From Candidatus Dojkabacteria bacterium (GTDB lineage: Bacteria; Patescibacteriota; Dojkabacteria; B142; WJKM01): a stretch of 64,000 nt of DNA. The notes beneath the pieces were generated by a model. It searched no databases and was not told where the DNA came from. It saw only the letters and a program-made list of their open reading frames with translations. Below are positions 49,087 to 58,590 of the stretch, piece after piece (position 1 is the stretch's first letter; every line of letters begins with the position of its first letter). The DNA lies in NCBI GenBank assembly GCA_014729085.1, contig WJKM01000006.1, positions 88,016-152,015 of the forward strand, given 5' to 3'. The position numbers were made by a program, and so were the translations under genes.

Positions 49087-49629
49087 CTATAATTTAGTCA
49101 CTTGCAGAAAGTCTAGTACAATAGGCGTTTCTCTTCCAAAAACAGTTAGTAAAACTTTTACTTGTCCTTTGTCTGGATTTATTTCACTGATAGTTCCCAT
49201 AAAATCCTTGAATGGGCCGTCGGTTACCTTCACAGCGTCGTTCACTTCGAATGAGGTTTGGAAGGAAGGCTGTTTAACCTCCATATATGCCATAATACCT
49301 TTCACCTTTTTTTCATTGAGAGGAGTAGGTTTTCGATTTGTCCCAACGAAACCTGTAACTCCTTGAGTGTTCTTAACAACCCTTGAGGTATTATCATTCA
49401 TCTCCATCTGAATGAGAATATAGCCTGGAAATATCTTTTCTTCCACCTTTTTTTTCTTTCCGCTCTTAACAACAACTTTTTCTTTGGTAGGTACTAGTAC
49501 CTCGGGCATTTTATCTTCCAAATTATTTGCTTTAATTCTCTGCTTAATATTATTTGCTACAGTTTTTTCCTGACCAGCATATGACTGTACGATGTACCAT
49601 TTTAAATTTTGATTCTTTTCCTCACTCAT
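49087..49629 (-). CDS. nusG: Transcription antitermination factor NusG.
   Basis: 'KWYIVQSYAGQEKTV' NGN domain. C-terminal KOW 'NDAVKVTDGPFKDFMGTISEI'. Confidence 0.88.
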   Translation of the reverse strand: MSEEKNQNLKWYIVQSYAGQEKTVANNIKQRIKANNLEDKMPEVLVPTKEKVVVKSGKKKKVEEKIFPGYILIQMEMNDNTSRVVKNTQGVTGFVGTNRKPTPLNEKKVKGIMAYMEVKQPSFQTSFEVNDAVKVTDGPFKDFMGTISEINPDKGQVKVLLTVFGRETPIVLDFLQVTKL

Positions 49630-49651
49630 CTCAGAAAAATATATTAATAAT

Positions 49652-49837
49652 TTATAAATTTGAAATTAGATATGTTCTTGCTGTTATAAATCCTATATCT
49701 ATCAGTCCAATAATAAAAGTTGCTAAAACAATAAATAATATCACTAAAGAACTGTAGTATACCAATTCTTTCTTACTTAACCATTCAATCTTTTTGGCTT
49801 CTTCAATTATCGATTTAATAAATTTAATAATATTCAT
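49652..49837 (-). CDS. secE: Preprotein translocase subunit SecE.
   Basis: 61 aa with a single C-terminal TM helix. Sits in the conserved tRNA-Trp / secE / nusG order. Confidence 0.8.
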   Translation of the reverse strand: MNIIKFIKSIIEEAKKIEWLSKKELVYYSSLVILFIVLATFIIGLIDIGFITARTYLISNL

Positions 49838-49887
49838 CTAAAAATTTATAATTAATTAATATAACTACTATTAAAACTTTAGTAATT

Positions 49888-49962
49888 TGGCAGGCTTGCC
49901 CAGACTCGAACTGAGAACTACGGTTTTGGAGACCGTTGTTTTACCAGTTAAACTACAAGCCC
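49888..49962 (-). tRNA. tRNA-Trp (anticodon CCA) with CCA encoded.
   Basis: Minus-strand read: GGGCTTGTAGTTTAACTGGTAAAACAACGGTCTCCAAAACCGTAGTTCTCAGTTCGAGTCTGGGCAAGCCTGCCA. Confidence 0.85.
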
Positions 49963-50014
49963 AAAAACCTGCTGTTGTGCAGGATAGTATTAACTTTGGA
50001 TTCTTATCAACGGT

Positions 50015-50191
50015 CTATTTCTTGTTTTTGATTTTGCTTTCTTCATACTCAACGTGTTTTTTTATTGTAGGATCAAACTTGGTTATTTTGATTTTATCCT
50101 GTGTATTAATCCTGTTTTTCGTTGTGTAGTAACAATGACCAGACTTGGTACTTTTTAGTTTGATTTTGATTCTGTTTCCTTTTTTTGCCAT
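50015..50191 (-). CDS. rpmG: 50S ribosomal protein L33. Below the 60-aa cutoff, so absent from the ORF track.
   Basis: Minus-strand translation: '[58 protein letters not shown]'. Lies immediately upstream of tRNA-Trp and secE. Confidence 0.8.
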   Translation of the reverse strand: MAKKGNRIKIKLKSTKSGHCYYTTKNRINTQDKIKITKFDPTIKKHVEYEESKIKNKK

Positions 50192-50298
50192 TTGATTATT
50201 TTAAAAATTGGTCCTTGAATTTTAACTTGTTATAGCAACAAAGGTCAATTCAAAGACGAGTGGGAATTAAATATACTGCTGTAAAGTTTGCTGTAAAA

Positions 50299-51024
50299 TT
50301 AATTGTTTGTCTGTCTTAAAACCTCATACATTATAATCGCTGCTGCAACGCTCATATTCAAAGAATTCACCTTCCCATGCTGAGGTAGCTTGACTATTAT
50401 ATCACATTTATTTGTAATGGAATTACTAAGTGGCCGGTCTTCTCCTCCAATAATTAAGAGTATATTTCCAGTTAATTTTGACTTTGTGTATAAAATAGAG
50501 TTTTCTGTTTGTTCAATACCAACTATCTTTATTAACTCTTCCTTGCATTTTTTCAAAAAGGGAAACAGAGATTCGTTAAATATGTGTATATGCTCGGAAG
50601 CGCCCATAGAAGCTCTTATAATTTGTGGAGTCATGTTGATTTTAGGCGGTAAAATAACAGCGTTAAAACCAGCAGATTCTGCAGTTCTTATAATTGCACC
50701 TATGTTGTGTTCATGGTAGGCTTCTCGAATATAAATAAGTTTAAGATTATTGTCTTGACCACTATAGTTTTCTAAAAATTCATCAAAAGATATATTATCC
50801 ACTTTGTCGGTCATGGCAATTATTCCTTGATGCGAACCAGTCGAGCTTATTTGGTCTAGTTTCTTCTTGCTTTTACGAATTATTCTGATATTACTTTTTT
50901 TAGCTCTTTTAATAATGGTATTAATTTTTGTATCTTGTTTGATACGATTTTGTAAGTAGAGTTTTTTAACTGGTTTTCCAGATTTCAGTAGTTCTATGAC
51001 TGGATTTCGTCCTTCAACACGCAT
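50299..51024 (-). CDS. SpoU/TrmH-family RNA 2'-O-methyltransferase (RlmB-like).
   Basis: 'MRVEGRNPVIELLKSGKPVKKLYL' N-terminal substrate-binding region. SPOUT C-terminal region 'IVKLPQHGKVNSLNMSVAAAIIMYE'. Confidence 0.75.
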   Translation of the reverse strand: MRVEGRNPVIELLKSGKPVKKLYLQNRIKQDTKINTIIKRAKKSNIRIIRKSKKKLDQISSTGSHQGIIAMTDKVDNISFDEFLENYSGQDNNLKLIYIREAYHEHNIGAIIRTAESAGFNAVILPPKINMTPQIIRASMGASEHIHIFNESLFPFLKKCKEELIKIVGIEQTENSILYTKSKLTGNILLIIGGEDRPLSNSITNKCDIIVKLPQHGKVNSLNMSVAAAIIMYEVLRQTNN

Positions 51025-51218
51025 GGTTATTTTTTGTTAGGAAGTTAATATGTTTTATATATGATACGTCATTTTTGAATGAAGTATCAATAAAGAGGAA
51101 TATTTTTTAAGTATAGCTATGTCAAAAAAAGTCATGACAATTTTTAGAAATAGCCTATAATTTATTGTTCTTGCACAAACTATATATAGATTATATTTAA
51201 ATTATTATTTAAATCACG

Positions 51219-52109
51219 ATGAGTATAAATTTTGAAAATTTTCATGCACAGCCTATGTTCCAGGATCCAGATTATCCCGAGAGTATCTGGGATATTCCAA
51301 ATGGACAAGTGTATGGTACAACTGCTCATGTATCCTTGTCGAGAGATGAAGATGGATACAATATAGTAGCTGGTCCTGATTACTTAAAAGATGAATCCGG
51401 GGAGTTTGTGCCTTTTAATCCAGAGTACCCATATGTTGGAAGGGATGGAGAAGTGTATACCATTTCGGAAGATACGTTCGATGGGGAGTTAATTGATGAA
51501 CAAGATCTAAGCAGGGTTGCATATCAATATACTTACGGAGAAGGACTAAACGGATGGGCTACTAGGGATGTTTCGAGATACAATGCGAAAGAAGGATCAC
51601 CACTTCTATACTATCGAGTTAGTCATGGAGAAGTAGATGAGTCTGGTGAGCACGATTCTTATTTTGATGTTGCTGCAAGCTTGGAAAATGGATTTGAGCT
51701 GTTCATGAGGCACGACCCAGCTAACGATAATGTTGGGGGTTTATATGATGCAAACTTAACATACACCTCTAATGATACTGTCATAGCATGTCAAGGTAAT
51801 ATGTGTGAAGTGAGAGGAGCAAATGGAGATTTTGAGTTCCAAGTACCCGAAGTTTTGACAGACAACGATCCATGGGCAGCCACCAACTATGCAATCCATG
51901 TTTTGAATGGGTATGCTGAGTATGCAGATGAAATGGATTTTAGTGAACCAGGAAGTTTCGATGAATTTATTACACACCATCTGACTGTAAATGGCGCGAC
52001 TGGTTATCTTTTGGATAATTACTCCGAGATAGGTTTAGTAGATTCCCAAAGGATTCAGCTAGGTGATGATGTTGGTACGGGTGAATCAGTAAGGATGGAG
52101 GAGAACTAA
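51219..52109 (+). CDS. Acidic hypothetical protein (296 aa) of atypical composition.
   Basis: D/E/G/Y-rich. No signal peptide. Locally higher GC than flanking genes. Confidence 0.45.
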   Translation: MSINFENFHAQPMFQDPDYPESIWDIPNGQVYGTTAHVSLSRDEDGYNIVAGPDYLKDESGEFVPFNPEYPYVGRDGEVYTISEDTFDGELIDEQDLSRVAYQYTYGEGLNGWATRDVSRYNAKEGSPLLYYRVSHGEVDESGEHDSYFDVAASLENGFELFMRHDPANDNVGGLYDANLTYTSNDTVIACQGNMCEVRGANGDFEFQVPEVLTDNDPWAATNYAIHVLNGYAEYADEMDFSEPGSFDEFITHHLTVNGATGYLLDNYSEIGLVDSQRIQLGDDVGTGESVRMEEN

Positions 52110-52122
52110 ATTAATATTATAT

Positions 52123-52506
52123 TTGATGTCTAGAAAAATGAGCAATTGCCATGAAAATTATGCATCCAGTGTATATCTAGGAGATTTCCCAGTTAAAGGC
52201 GGCTTGGTAGAGGATTCAAGCAATCCCTTAGCCTGTTATGATACAGATGCAGGACCTAACCAGGATGATGGTTTTAAGCCATTTGAAGCGGGATGGGTTC
52301 ATGACCCCGAAACAGGCGAGACCCATCCCGATAGGTTACTTTCTAATGGGGTACTACTTGAGAGTTTTTGTAATGATGAAGGGGAATGGGAAGTTGGGAT
52401 GTATTGGTGTCCTGGAGAGGTTGATGAAATAGCTTTTAGTAATGGTGTGCATGCTTGGGAATGTGCTGAGATAGACGCGTATTTACCATTGGTTTTAAGC
52501 TGGTAA
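52123..52506 (+). CDS. Acidic hypothetical protein (127 aa).
   Basis: Co-directional with and 13 nt downstream of the previous gene. W/C/E-rich. Confidence 0.4.
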   Translation: MMSRKMSNCHENYASSVYLGDFPVKGGLVEDSSNPLACYDTDAGPNQDDGFKPFEAGWVHDPETGETHPDRLLSNGVLLESFCNDEGEWEVGMYWCPGEVDEIAFSNGVHAWECAEIDAYLPLVLSW

Positions 52507-52568
52507 AATCTTTGATATATATTTGAAGGTGGGTATTGTGTAAGGAATTCCCACCTTTTAGTTTGGGT

Positions 52569-53063
52569 CTAAACGTAGAGTTCGTTGATGGTTTTCCCTT
52601 TGACTTTTAGCTTAAATGGGATAAAGAAGAATAGGTTGTTTAGATAATGTATCATAACTGAAACCCAGATTGATCCTGTATGGTATGTTATAAGTGCAAA
52701 AATTGGTCCGTAGAAAATCCCCGTAGTCAGTATTTGAAATAAAAGTTTTCTTTTATTTTTCTGTGTGAATATATTTTTGAAGTGCCAGATCCCAAAAAGG
52801 GCAGAGGAGATTATTAGAGATTTTGTAAAAGAAAAAGTGTAGAGTAATCCTCCAAAAATAATACCCCTGAAAATTATTTCTTCATAAATTGGGGCGAAGA
52901 TACATTGCATATTGATGGAGTTAGAAGTATCTTTCGCAAGCCCCTTTTTGATTTGTAGGTATTTGAAATATGCCGTAAGAATAAAGAGTAAGGTGATCAG
53001 TACTAACTGAATCTCTGGTAAAAGGAAATATATTTGTTTTATTTGAAAGTAATTTGTTTGCAT
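52569..53063 (-). CDS. CPBP (CAAX protease/Abi) family intramembrane metalloprotease.
   Basis: 'YEEIIFRGIIFGGLL' (EExxxR), 'FGIWHF' and 'HYLNN' motifs. Confidence 0.75.
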   Translation of the reverse strand: MQTNYFQIKQIYFLLPEIQLVLITLLFILTAYFKYLQIKKGLAKDTSNSINMQCIFAPIYEEIIFRGIIFGGLLYTFSFTKSLIISSALFGIWHFKNIFTQKNKRKLLFQILTTGIFYGPIFALITYHTGSIWVSVMIHYLNNLFFFIPFKLKVKGKTINELYV

Positions 53064-53105
53064 ATTCTAGAAAATATTTTGTATCAGGTTTTGATTATGT
53101 AGGCT

Positions 53106-54272
53106 CTAAGATTTTTCTAGTGGAATTTTAACATAGAAAGTTGTCTCTTTATTCTCAATCGATTCAAACCAGATTTCTCCTTTAATCAATTTGAGCATTT
53201 CTTTGGCAATATATAAACCAACACCTGTTCCATCTGTATCTACCTTCTTAATGTTGCTTGCTCTAAATAATTTAGTAAAGATTTTATTTTGCTCATCTTC
53301 GGGAATTCCAAACCCTGCATTGTTGATTTGAAGATATAAGTTTTTTGAATTGTCTTTAAATATCTGTATTTTGATTTCAGTTTTTGGAAAAGAATATTTT
53401 ATTGAATTAGAAATTAGAGTATTTAATATAGTTTGCGTAATATTTTTATCCATAGAGATAACCTCCAAACCAGGCTGTATCTGCCAAATAATTTTTAATT
53501 TTCTTTTCTTTATTTCTGATTTAAATTTATTCAAAATGGAAACGATTAATTTCTGGAGATCTAAGTCAATAGGCTTTACTTCGATAGTATTCATTTCTAG
53601 TCGGGAAATATTAATAAGAGAGTTTACAATATTAGTCATCCTTCTTGATGCATGAATGATTTCATTTATATATGTTGCTTGATCCTGATTGAGCTGACCA
53701 ACATCTCCCTCATACATACTTTCGGAATACCAATTGATAGAGGAGAGCGGAGTTCTAAGTTGGTGTGATGCAAGTGAAACAAATTGATTTTTCGATTTTT
53801 CGATTTCTTTTTCTTCTGTTATATCTGAAAAGATTTGTACAATGCCAATTTGTTCTCCGTTCATTACAATAGGGGAAGTTGTCAAATCCACTGGAAATCG
53901 GGTTCCATTTTTTCTTACATAGTAATAATTTAGATAGCCTCCCTGATGTGCAATAAATGAATCTATTTTTTTAAATCTTTGTTTTGATTCTACAATCTCT
54001 CCTTTGTCGTTTTGTTTGATAATAATATCTGTGAATTTTTTGCCGAGAACTTCATTTGCATTCCAGCCAAGTAGTCTTTCAAAAGCGGCATTCACCATAA
54101 CAATAGTTTTATCCATATCAACAACAACCAATCCATCTCCTATTGCTTGCAGTATTGCTTCATCTGTTGTAACGTCGGTTTCAAGTTCCGCAACCTTTTT
54201 CTTCAATTCTGTATTTTCTTGTTGGAGTTGGCTTATTATATTTTGGTAGTTGTTGTTTGTTTGCTGCATCAT
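53106..54272 (-). CDS. Cytoplasmic PAS-domain sensor histidine kinase with no adjacent response regulator.
   Basis: H-box 'SHQLRTPLSSINWYSE' and G2 box 'GTGVGLYIAKEMLKLIKGEI'. N-terminal coiled coil and a PAS-like region. Confidence 0.8.
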   Translation of the reverse strand: MMQQTNNNYQNIISQLQQENTELKKKVAELETDVTTDEAILQAIGDGLVVVDMDKTIVMVNAAFERLLGWNANEVLGKKFTDIIIKQNDKGEIVESKQRFKKIDSFIAHQGGYLNYYYVRKNGTRFPVDLTTSPIVMNGEQIGIVQIFSDITEEKEIEKSKNQFVSLASHQLRTPLSSINWYSESMYEGDVGQLNQDQATYINEIIHASRRMTNIVNSLINISRLEMNTIEVKPIDLDLQKLIVSILNKFKSEIKKRKLKIIWQIQPGLEVISMDKNITQTILNTLISNSIKYSFPKTEIKIQIFKDNSKNLYLQINNAGFGIPEDEQNKIFTKLFRASNIKKVDTDGTGVGLYIAKEMLKLIKGEIWFESIENKETTFYVKIPLEKS

Positions 54273-54294
54273 TTATATTTATAGATCTATAAGT

Positions 54295-55089
54295 TTACTT
54301 AAGATTCTCAGTGATTTCCCAGAATTGCCAGAATATTTGTTTCTGCATATTTGCGTATGACTTATTTATTATTTCCGTTCCGATCCTTTTTTTTTCTTTC
54401 CAACTAAAAATTGCTACTGTATCTTTATATATTACAGTCTGTTGTCTGATTTTTAAAATTTTTTTGGGAATATATCTTGATTCATAAAAATCAGGCCATT
54501 GTTTTAGGTCGGTATACCAGTATTCACCCTGATCTTTTGCATTTTCAAGTTCATAGCATTTTATTTGTCTTTTGATTTGTTCAAGTCTTGTTTTTTCTGC
54601 AAATTTTTTTCCTGCTAGTTCGTTTCTGGTTTCATATCCTAGGATCAGTATTTCTTTAGTACCTGAAGTGATTTCATTCCAAAGCATTTGTTTAAGTCCA
54701 TCTTCTCCTCGGTAGTTTTTAATTTGAAAATCCTCTGTTAAATTGTTTTTAATCTTATTAAGGTTTTTTACTAAATCTGAGAGTCCGTTCCGCTGAACTT
54801 TAATCTTTTCTTCTTTTTCTATAATCTGGATTTCTAAGTTTTCTGGGGGTGCGGCTTGGAAAGTTTTTTTGTCAAAGTTTATTTTTTCCTCTACTAGTTT
54901 TTTTTCTTTTAGATCATCTAGAGTCCTGTATGCCTTGCTTCTGTTTATTGTAGTTTCTCTTGAGATTTGTAATGGGGTTTTATTTCCATTTTGTAAGAGG
55001 TGGAAATATAGGCGAGCTTCATCTTCGTTTAAGCCAACATCCAATAATTTTTCAAACATGAGAGTTTTGTTCATCAATTTGGACAACAA
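54295..55089 (-). CDS. Second TrmB-like winged-helix regulator, a paralog of 21695..22474.
   Basis: 'LNEDEARLYFHLLQNGNKTPLQISRETTINRSKAYRTLDDLKEKKLVEE'. Confidence 0.6.
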   Translation of the reverse strand: MLSKLMNKTLMFEKLLDVGLNEDEARLYFHLLQNGNKTPLQISRETTINRSKAYRTLDDLKEKKLVEEKINFDKKTFQAAPPENLEIQIIEKEEKIKVQRNGLSDLVKNLNKIKNNLTEDFQIKNYRGEDGLKQMLWNEITSGTKEILILGYETRNELAGKKFAEKTRLEQIKRQIKCYELENAKDQGEYWYTDLKQWPDFYESRYIPKKILKIRQQTVIYKDTVAIFSWKEKKRIGTEIINKSYANMQKQIFWQFWEITENLK

Positions 55090-55147
55090 GATATATGAAT
55101 AATTATAAGTTACTATAATATATTACGAATGTCAAAGTATATATTTT

Positions 55148-56086
55148 GTGTTGATATTTGAACATCAGGTGCAATTTCTATTTTTTATTATAGAAAAGAT
55201 GAAGCTTAGCAAAAAACAATTAGGTATAGTAGCTCTTTTAGGGTATGCATTTTTAGCATCTACTATGGGAATTTTGGTGCGAGAAATGGATACAGTGTTT
55301 ACAAGTTTTCAGCAGGTTTACTTAAGGGCTTTTATTGGATTTTTATTTGCGGTTTTAATTTATCGTAAAAGAATTAATATTCAAAAGTTTAAAAAATTAC
55401 AGAGAAAGCAGTGGGGGATTTTGCTTCTTAGATCTTTGTCTCTTTATGTTTTTGGAGTCGTGCTTTTCTCGAAATCAATTGTTTTGACTACTTATAGTAA
55501 TGTCAATTTTATATTTGCAATCCCTTTTACTGCTATCTTGGGTTTTTTGCTTCTAAAAGAAAGGCTGAACATAAGAAAGTCAATCCTAGTTCTTTTAGCA
55601 TTTGTAGGGGTTTTGATAATATCTGTAGAGGATTTTACAAATATTTTCTCGGTAGGACTTGGAGAAACCTTGGCTTTCATTTCGGCCTTTTTTTATTCTT
55701 TCAGCTCAATACTGCGAAAGTTTCAGTCGAAGGAACTTAATAATCAAGAAATTACCGTAGCCATGCTTTTAATTGGTTCTACTATGGTTTTTATTACTTC
55801 CATATTTACTGGAAATGATTTCACAAACTTTGTAAACATAACACCTAGTGTACTCATTGCTTTAGTGATTGCTGGTTTATGGAACACTTTAATGGGTTTG
55901 TTTATTAATTATGGCTTTTCCAAAATCGATGCTGTGGTTGCAGGCAATATCATATTTATAGAAACGGTCTTTGCGGTTTTAATAAGTATTATTGTTTATA
56001 AGGAATTTCCAGATATATTTGAGTGGCTGGGTGCTCTTCTCGTTATCCTTAGTGCTTATTGGATGAATAAAGAGTCGGGAAATTGA
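55148..56086 (+). CDS. EamA/DMT-family permease (second copy).
   Basis: 10 TM segments with duplicated halves. Confidence 0.65.
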   Translation: MLIFEHQVQFLFFIIEKMKLSKKQLGIVALLGYAFLASTMGILVREMDTVFTSFQQVYLRAFIGFLFAVLIYRKRINIQKFKKLQRKQWGILLLRSLSLYVFGVVLFSKSIVLTTYSNVNFIFAIPFTAILGFLLLKERLNIRKSILVLLAFVGVLIISVEDFTNIFSVGLGETLAFISAFFYSFSSILRKFQSKELNNQEITVAMLLIGSTMVFITSIFTGNDFTNFVNITPSVLIALVIAGLWNTLMGLFINYGFSKIDAVVAGNIIFIETVFAVLISIIVYKEFPDIFEWLGALLVILSAYWMNKESGN

Positions 56087-56183
56087 AATCTGTTTTTTAT
56101 CAGAGAATATAAAACTATCCGATATAGAATAAATAAAATTTAGCGTTATAACCCCATGTAGTTTATATCTGTGGTATCATTGG

Positions 56184-56660
56184 ATGTTATGGCAAAGCAA
56201 GCAAAAAAAATTAAAAAGAACCCTATATCAAAAATTTGTTGAATGGCTAAAGAGATATTTACCTGCCGAAATTTTAGCAATTACTGGTGCTCTAGTAATA
56301 GGGGGATTAGCTCACATAATTTTTCAAAATGGTGCTGTTACTGCTCTTGCGGGTACATGGGGAGAGAACATTGGTTTTTACGGCAAAATTTTATATGAGG
56401 ATATTCGAAAAAGAAAACAGAAGGATGAAAGGATTACATTTATTGGCATGCTTAAAGTTTTAAGAGGTATTATAGTTGAATTTGGTGCGGGAGAATATTT
56501 AGATAGTTTTGTGATCAGGCCTGGTGCTATGTATGTATTTCCAAAACTGCTTGGGAGTACTTTTTGGGGTTTGCTTGTTGGAAAATTAACTGCCGATATT
56601 ACTTTCTATTTGCCTACTGTGATATCTTACGAGTTAAAGAAAAAATATCTAAAAGACTAA
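56184..56660 (+). CDS. Small hypothetical membrane protein.
   Basis: Two or three hydrophobic segments. No recognisable motif. Confidence 0.4.
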   Translation: MLWQSKQKKLKRTLYQKFVEWLKRYLPAEILAITGALVIGGLAHIIFQNGAVTALAGTWGENIGFYGKILYEDIRKRKQKDERITFIGMLKVLRGIIVEFGAGEYLDSFVIRPGAMYVFPKLLGSTFWGLLVGKLTADITFYLPTVISYELKKKYLKD

Positions 56661-56678
56661 TTGGTTAATTTTACTTAA

Positions 56679-57542
56679 GTGTTTATTATTAAAATGAAAA
56701 AGCATAAAAAAAGTTTTCTAATATTCATAGTAACTTTTACAGCCTTATTTATATTTAGATTGGCGTATGGATATATACAGCACCCCGAGCTGGATTTGTA
56801 TTCAGCTTCCAGTACCTACATTACATTTGATAATACAATCCGAAATATTGCTACTCAAAAGATGAAAAATATGGAAAGTAATGTAAATGATGCATTTGCA
56901 GTTGTTGAACAAAAATATGAAAAAATTTCTACAATAGTTTCTAAAACTACGGATTTTAAGAAAAATGAAACAAAAGTAAGAAGCATAATTGAGAAATTTG
57001 ATGCTTTGATACAGTATGAAAAAAGTAAGGGGAATCAGGGAGAAAGAGTTTTGGAATTCTCCATTGGAGTAAATCCTGAAAAATTTGACAGTATGGTAGG
57101 AGAATTAAAAAAAGTAGGAAAAATTGAATCAATAGAAGTAAATAAAATTGACAAAACTAACGAATATAAAGATCTTAAAGCTAAACAAAGTTCTCTTGAA
57201 GAGACAAAGAATTCACTTATTGAATTAAAAAATAGAGGGGGGTCTATTGATGAAATGATAAGGCTTGAAAATAGAATTTTAGAAATAGAGAAAGAAATTC
57301 AGGCACTTGGAGTCAGTCTTGGCGATTACGATGCTGAAAATGAGTTTTGCACTATACAGTTTGGGCTTACAGAGGTAAGCCAGCCTAGATCTGAATTTAT
57401 GTACAGAATCTTGACTGCATTCTCTTGGACTGTGAAATATTATGTTGTTTTAACTTTTAGCTTATTATTTCTAACGGCTACAGCGTTTTTTGCAGTCAAG
57501 GTTATCAAAGAGATAAAAAAGTTAAAGAAGGGAAAGGAGTAA
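56679..57542 (+). CDS. Bitopic coiled-coil protein (N-terminal and C-terminal TM helices), DUF4349-like architecture.
   Basis: TM helices at both ends with a long central coiled coil. Confidence 0.4.
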   Translation: MFIIKMKKHKKSFLIFIVTFTALFIFRLAYGYIQHPELDLYSASSTYITFDNTIRNIATQKMKNMESNVNDAFAVVEQKYEKISTIVSKTTDFKKNETKVRSIIEKFDALIQYEKSKGNQGERVLEFSIGVNPEKFDSMVGELKKVGKIESIEVNKIDKTNEYKDLKAKQSSLEETKNSLIELKNRGGSIDEMIRLENRILEIEKEIQALGVSLGDYDAENEFCTIQFGLTEVSQPRSEFMYRILTAFSWTVKYYVVLTFSLLFLTATAFFAVKVIKEIKKLKKGKE

Positions 57543-57997
57543 AGGTCTAATTAACTAACTAGGAAGCAGGGGTGCATATGAGTCCAAATGGACGTACAGT
57601 TAATGTTTTACCCGCAGTTGATCCATGGGGGTTTTGAGATACAGTTCTAATAGACCTCACATTAGAGTATTTCCCAAGAACCAGAATTTTCATCTTTTTT
57701 CATCATTGGGTTTAATAGATGTTGAATCAGGTTTAAATTTATGCAATAAGTTAGGAATTAAGAGCCGTTACTTTAGTAAAGGATTGGTGCATGATTAATG
57801 GAAGTAGTAAATGACCATGGTTGAACGAGTCCTGTAAGGTGGGTATGTCAAAGTTTGGCATTTTAACGAATTCACTTTTACTGGAGAAGCCGGAGAGCAT
57901 CAAAGTTTGAAGAAAACAGATCCCGTATAATTCACTCCGTTCGTTTGCGGAATTCTCAATTTTGTAATCGCTCACTATAGTTCGCAGACAAAATTGA

Positions 57998-58072
57998 GAG
58001 CTGAGACCGGGAGTCGAACCCGGGACCTTTCCCTTACCATGGGAATGCTCTGACCATCTGAGCTATCTCAGC
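57998..58072 (-). tRNA. tRNA-Thr (anticodon GGU) with an atypical T-arm: either an 8-nt T-loop or a 6-nt variable loop.
   Basis: Minus-strand read: GCTGAGATAGCTCAGATGGTCAGAGCATTCCCATGGTAAGGGAAAGGTCCCGGGGTTCGACTCCCGGTCTCAGCT. Confidence 0.75.
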
Positions 58073-58132
58073 GGTTGTTTATCAACGGTATAAATTATAT
58101 ACTAAATTAGCAGAAGTAGGGAAGTATTGTAG

Positions 58133-58501
58133 TTAAAATGGTTCTTCTTGGTTGTCTCCAAATAGTGCATATCTAACTGCATCAATTATGATGCCAATGA
58201 AAAAGTAAATGAGAAAACTAATTCCTATTGGAAATATAATCCATGGTGCTGAATATAATTTTTCTGGGTCTATATGTTTTAAGAAAAAACGACCTGGTAT
58301 TGTAAGCAGAGCAATAACCCAAAACTCTTTTGGGAAATATTGGGTAATATATTTGTCCACATCTTCGACTATTTCGTTCAAAATATATGAAATTATTGAA
58401 AATAAACAAATTTGGACAAAGAAAGTAAGAATAGTTATGGTAATTTTGTATTTTGATGGGGCGTCTTTGTTATTAAACATTTTTTTTAATTTAATATACA
58501 A
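58133..58501 (-). CDS. Small hypothetical membrane protein.
   Basis: Three hydrophobic segments in 122 aa. Confidence 0.4.
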   Translation of the reverse strand: MYIKLKKMFNNKDAPSKYKITITILTFFVQICLFSIISYILNEIVEDVDKYITQYFPKEFWVIALLTIPGRFFLKHIDPEKLYSAPWIIFPIGISFLIYFFIGIIIDAVRYALFGDNQEEPF

Positions 58502-58590
58502 CCTTAAAAAAGTTGAAATTGAGCATGGGGACAGATTGATTTGATTATACTACTATAGGGTTTGGGTGTGCAAGTTTATTTGAAGGTATA

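Noticed and set aside
57560-57600. 'GGAAGCAGG' resembling the SRP RNA domain IV motif.
   Set aside because: There is no complementary 5' strand or GNRA tetraloop context to form helix 8.
57751-57975. 74-aa ORF on the minus strand in the tRNA-Thr flank.
   Set aside because: No start context and no protein-like features. It sits in a probable non-coding spacer.
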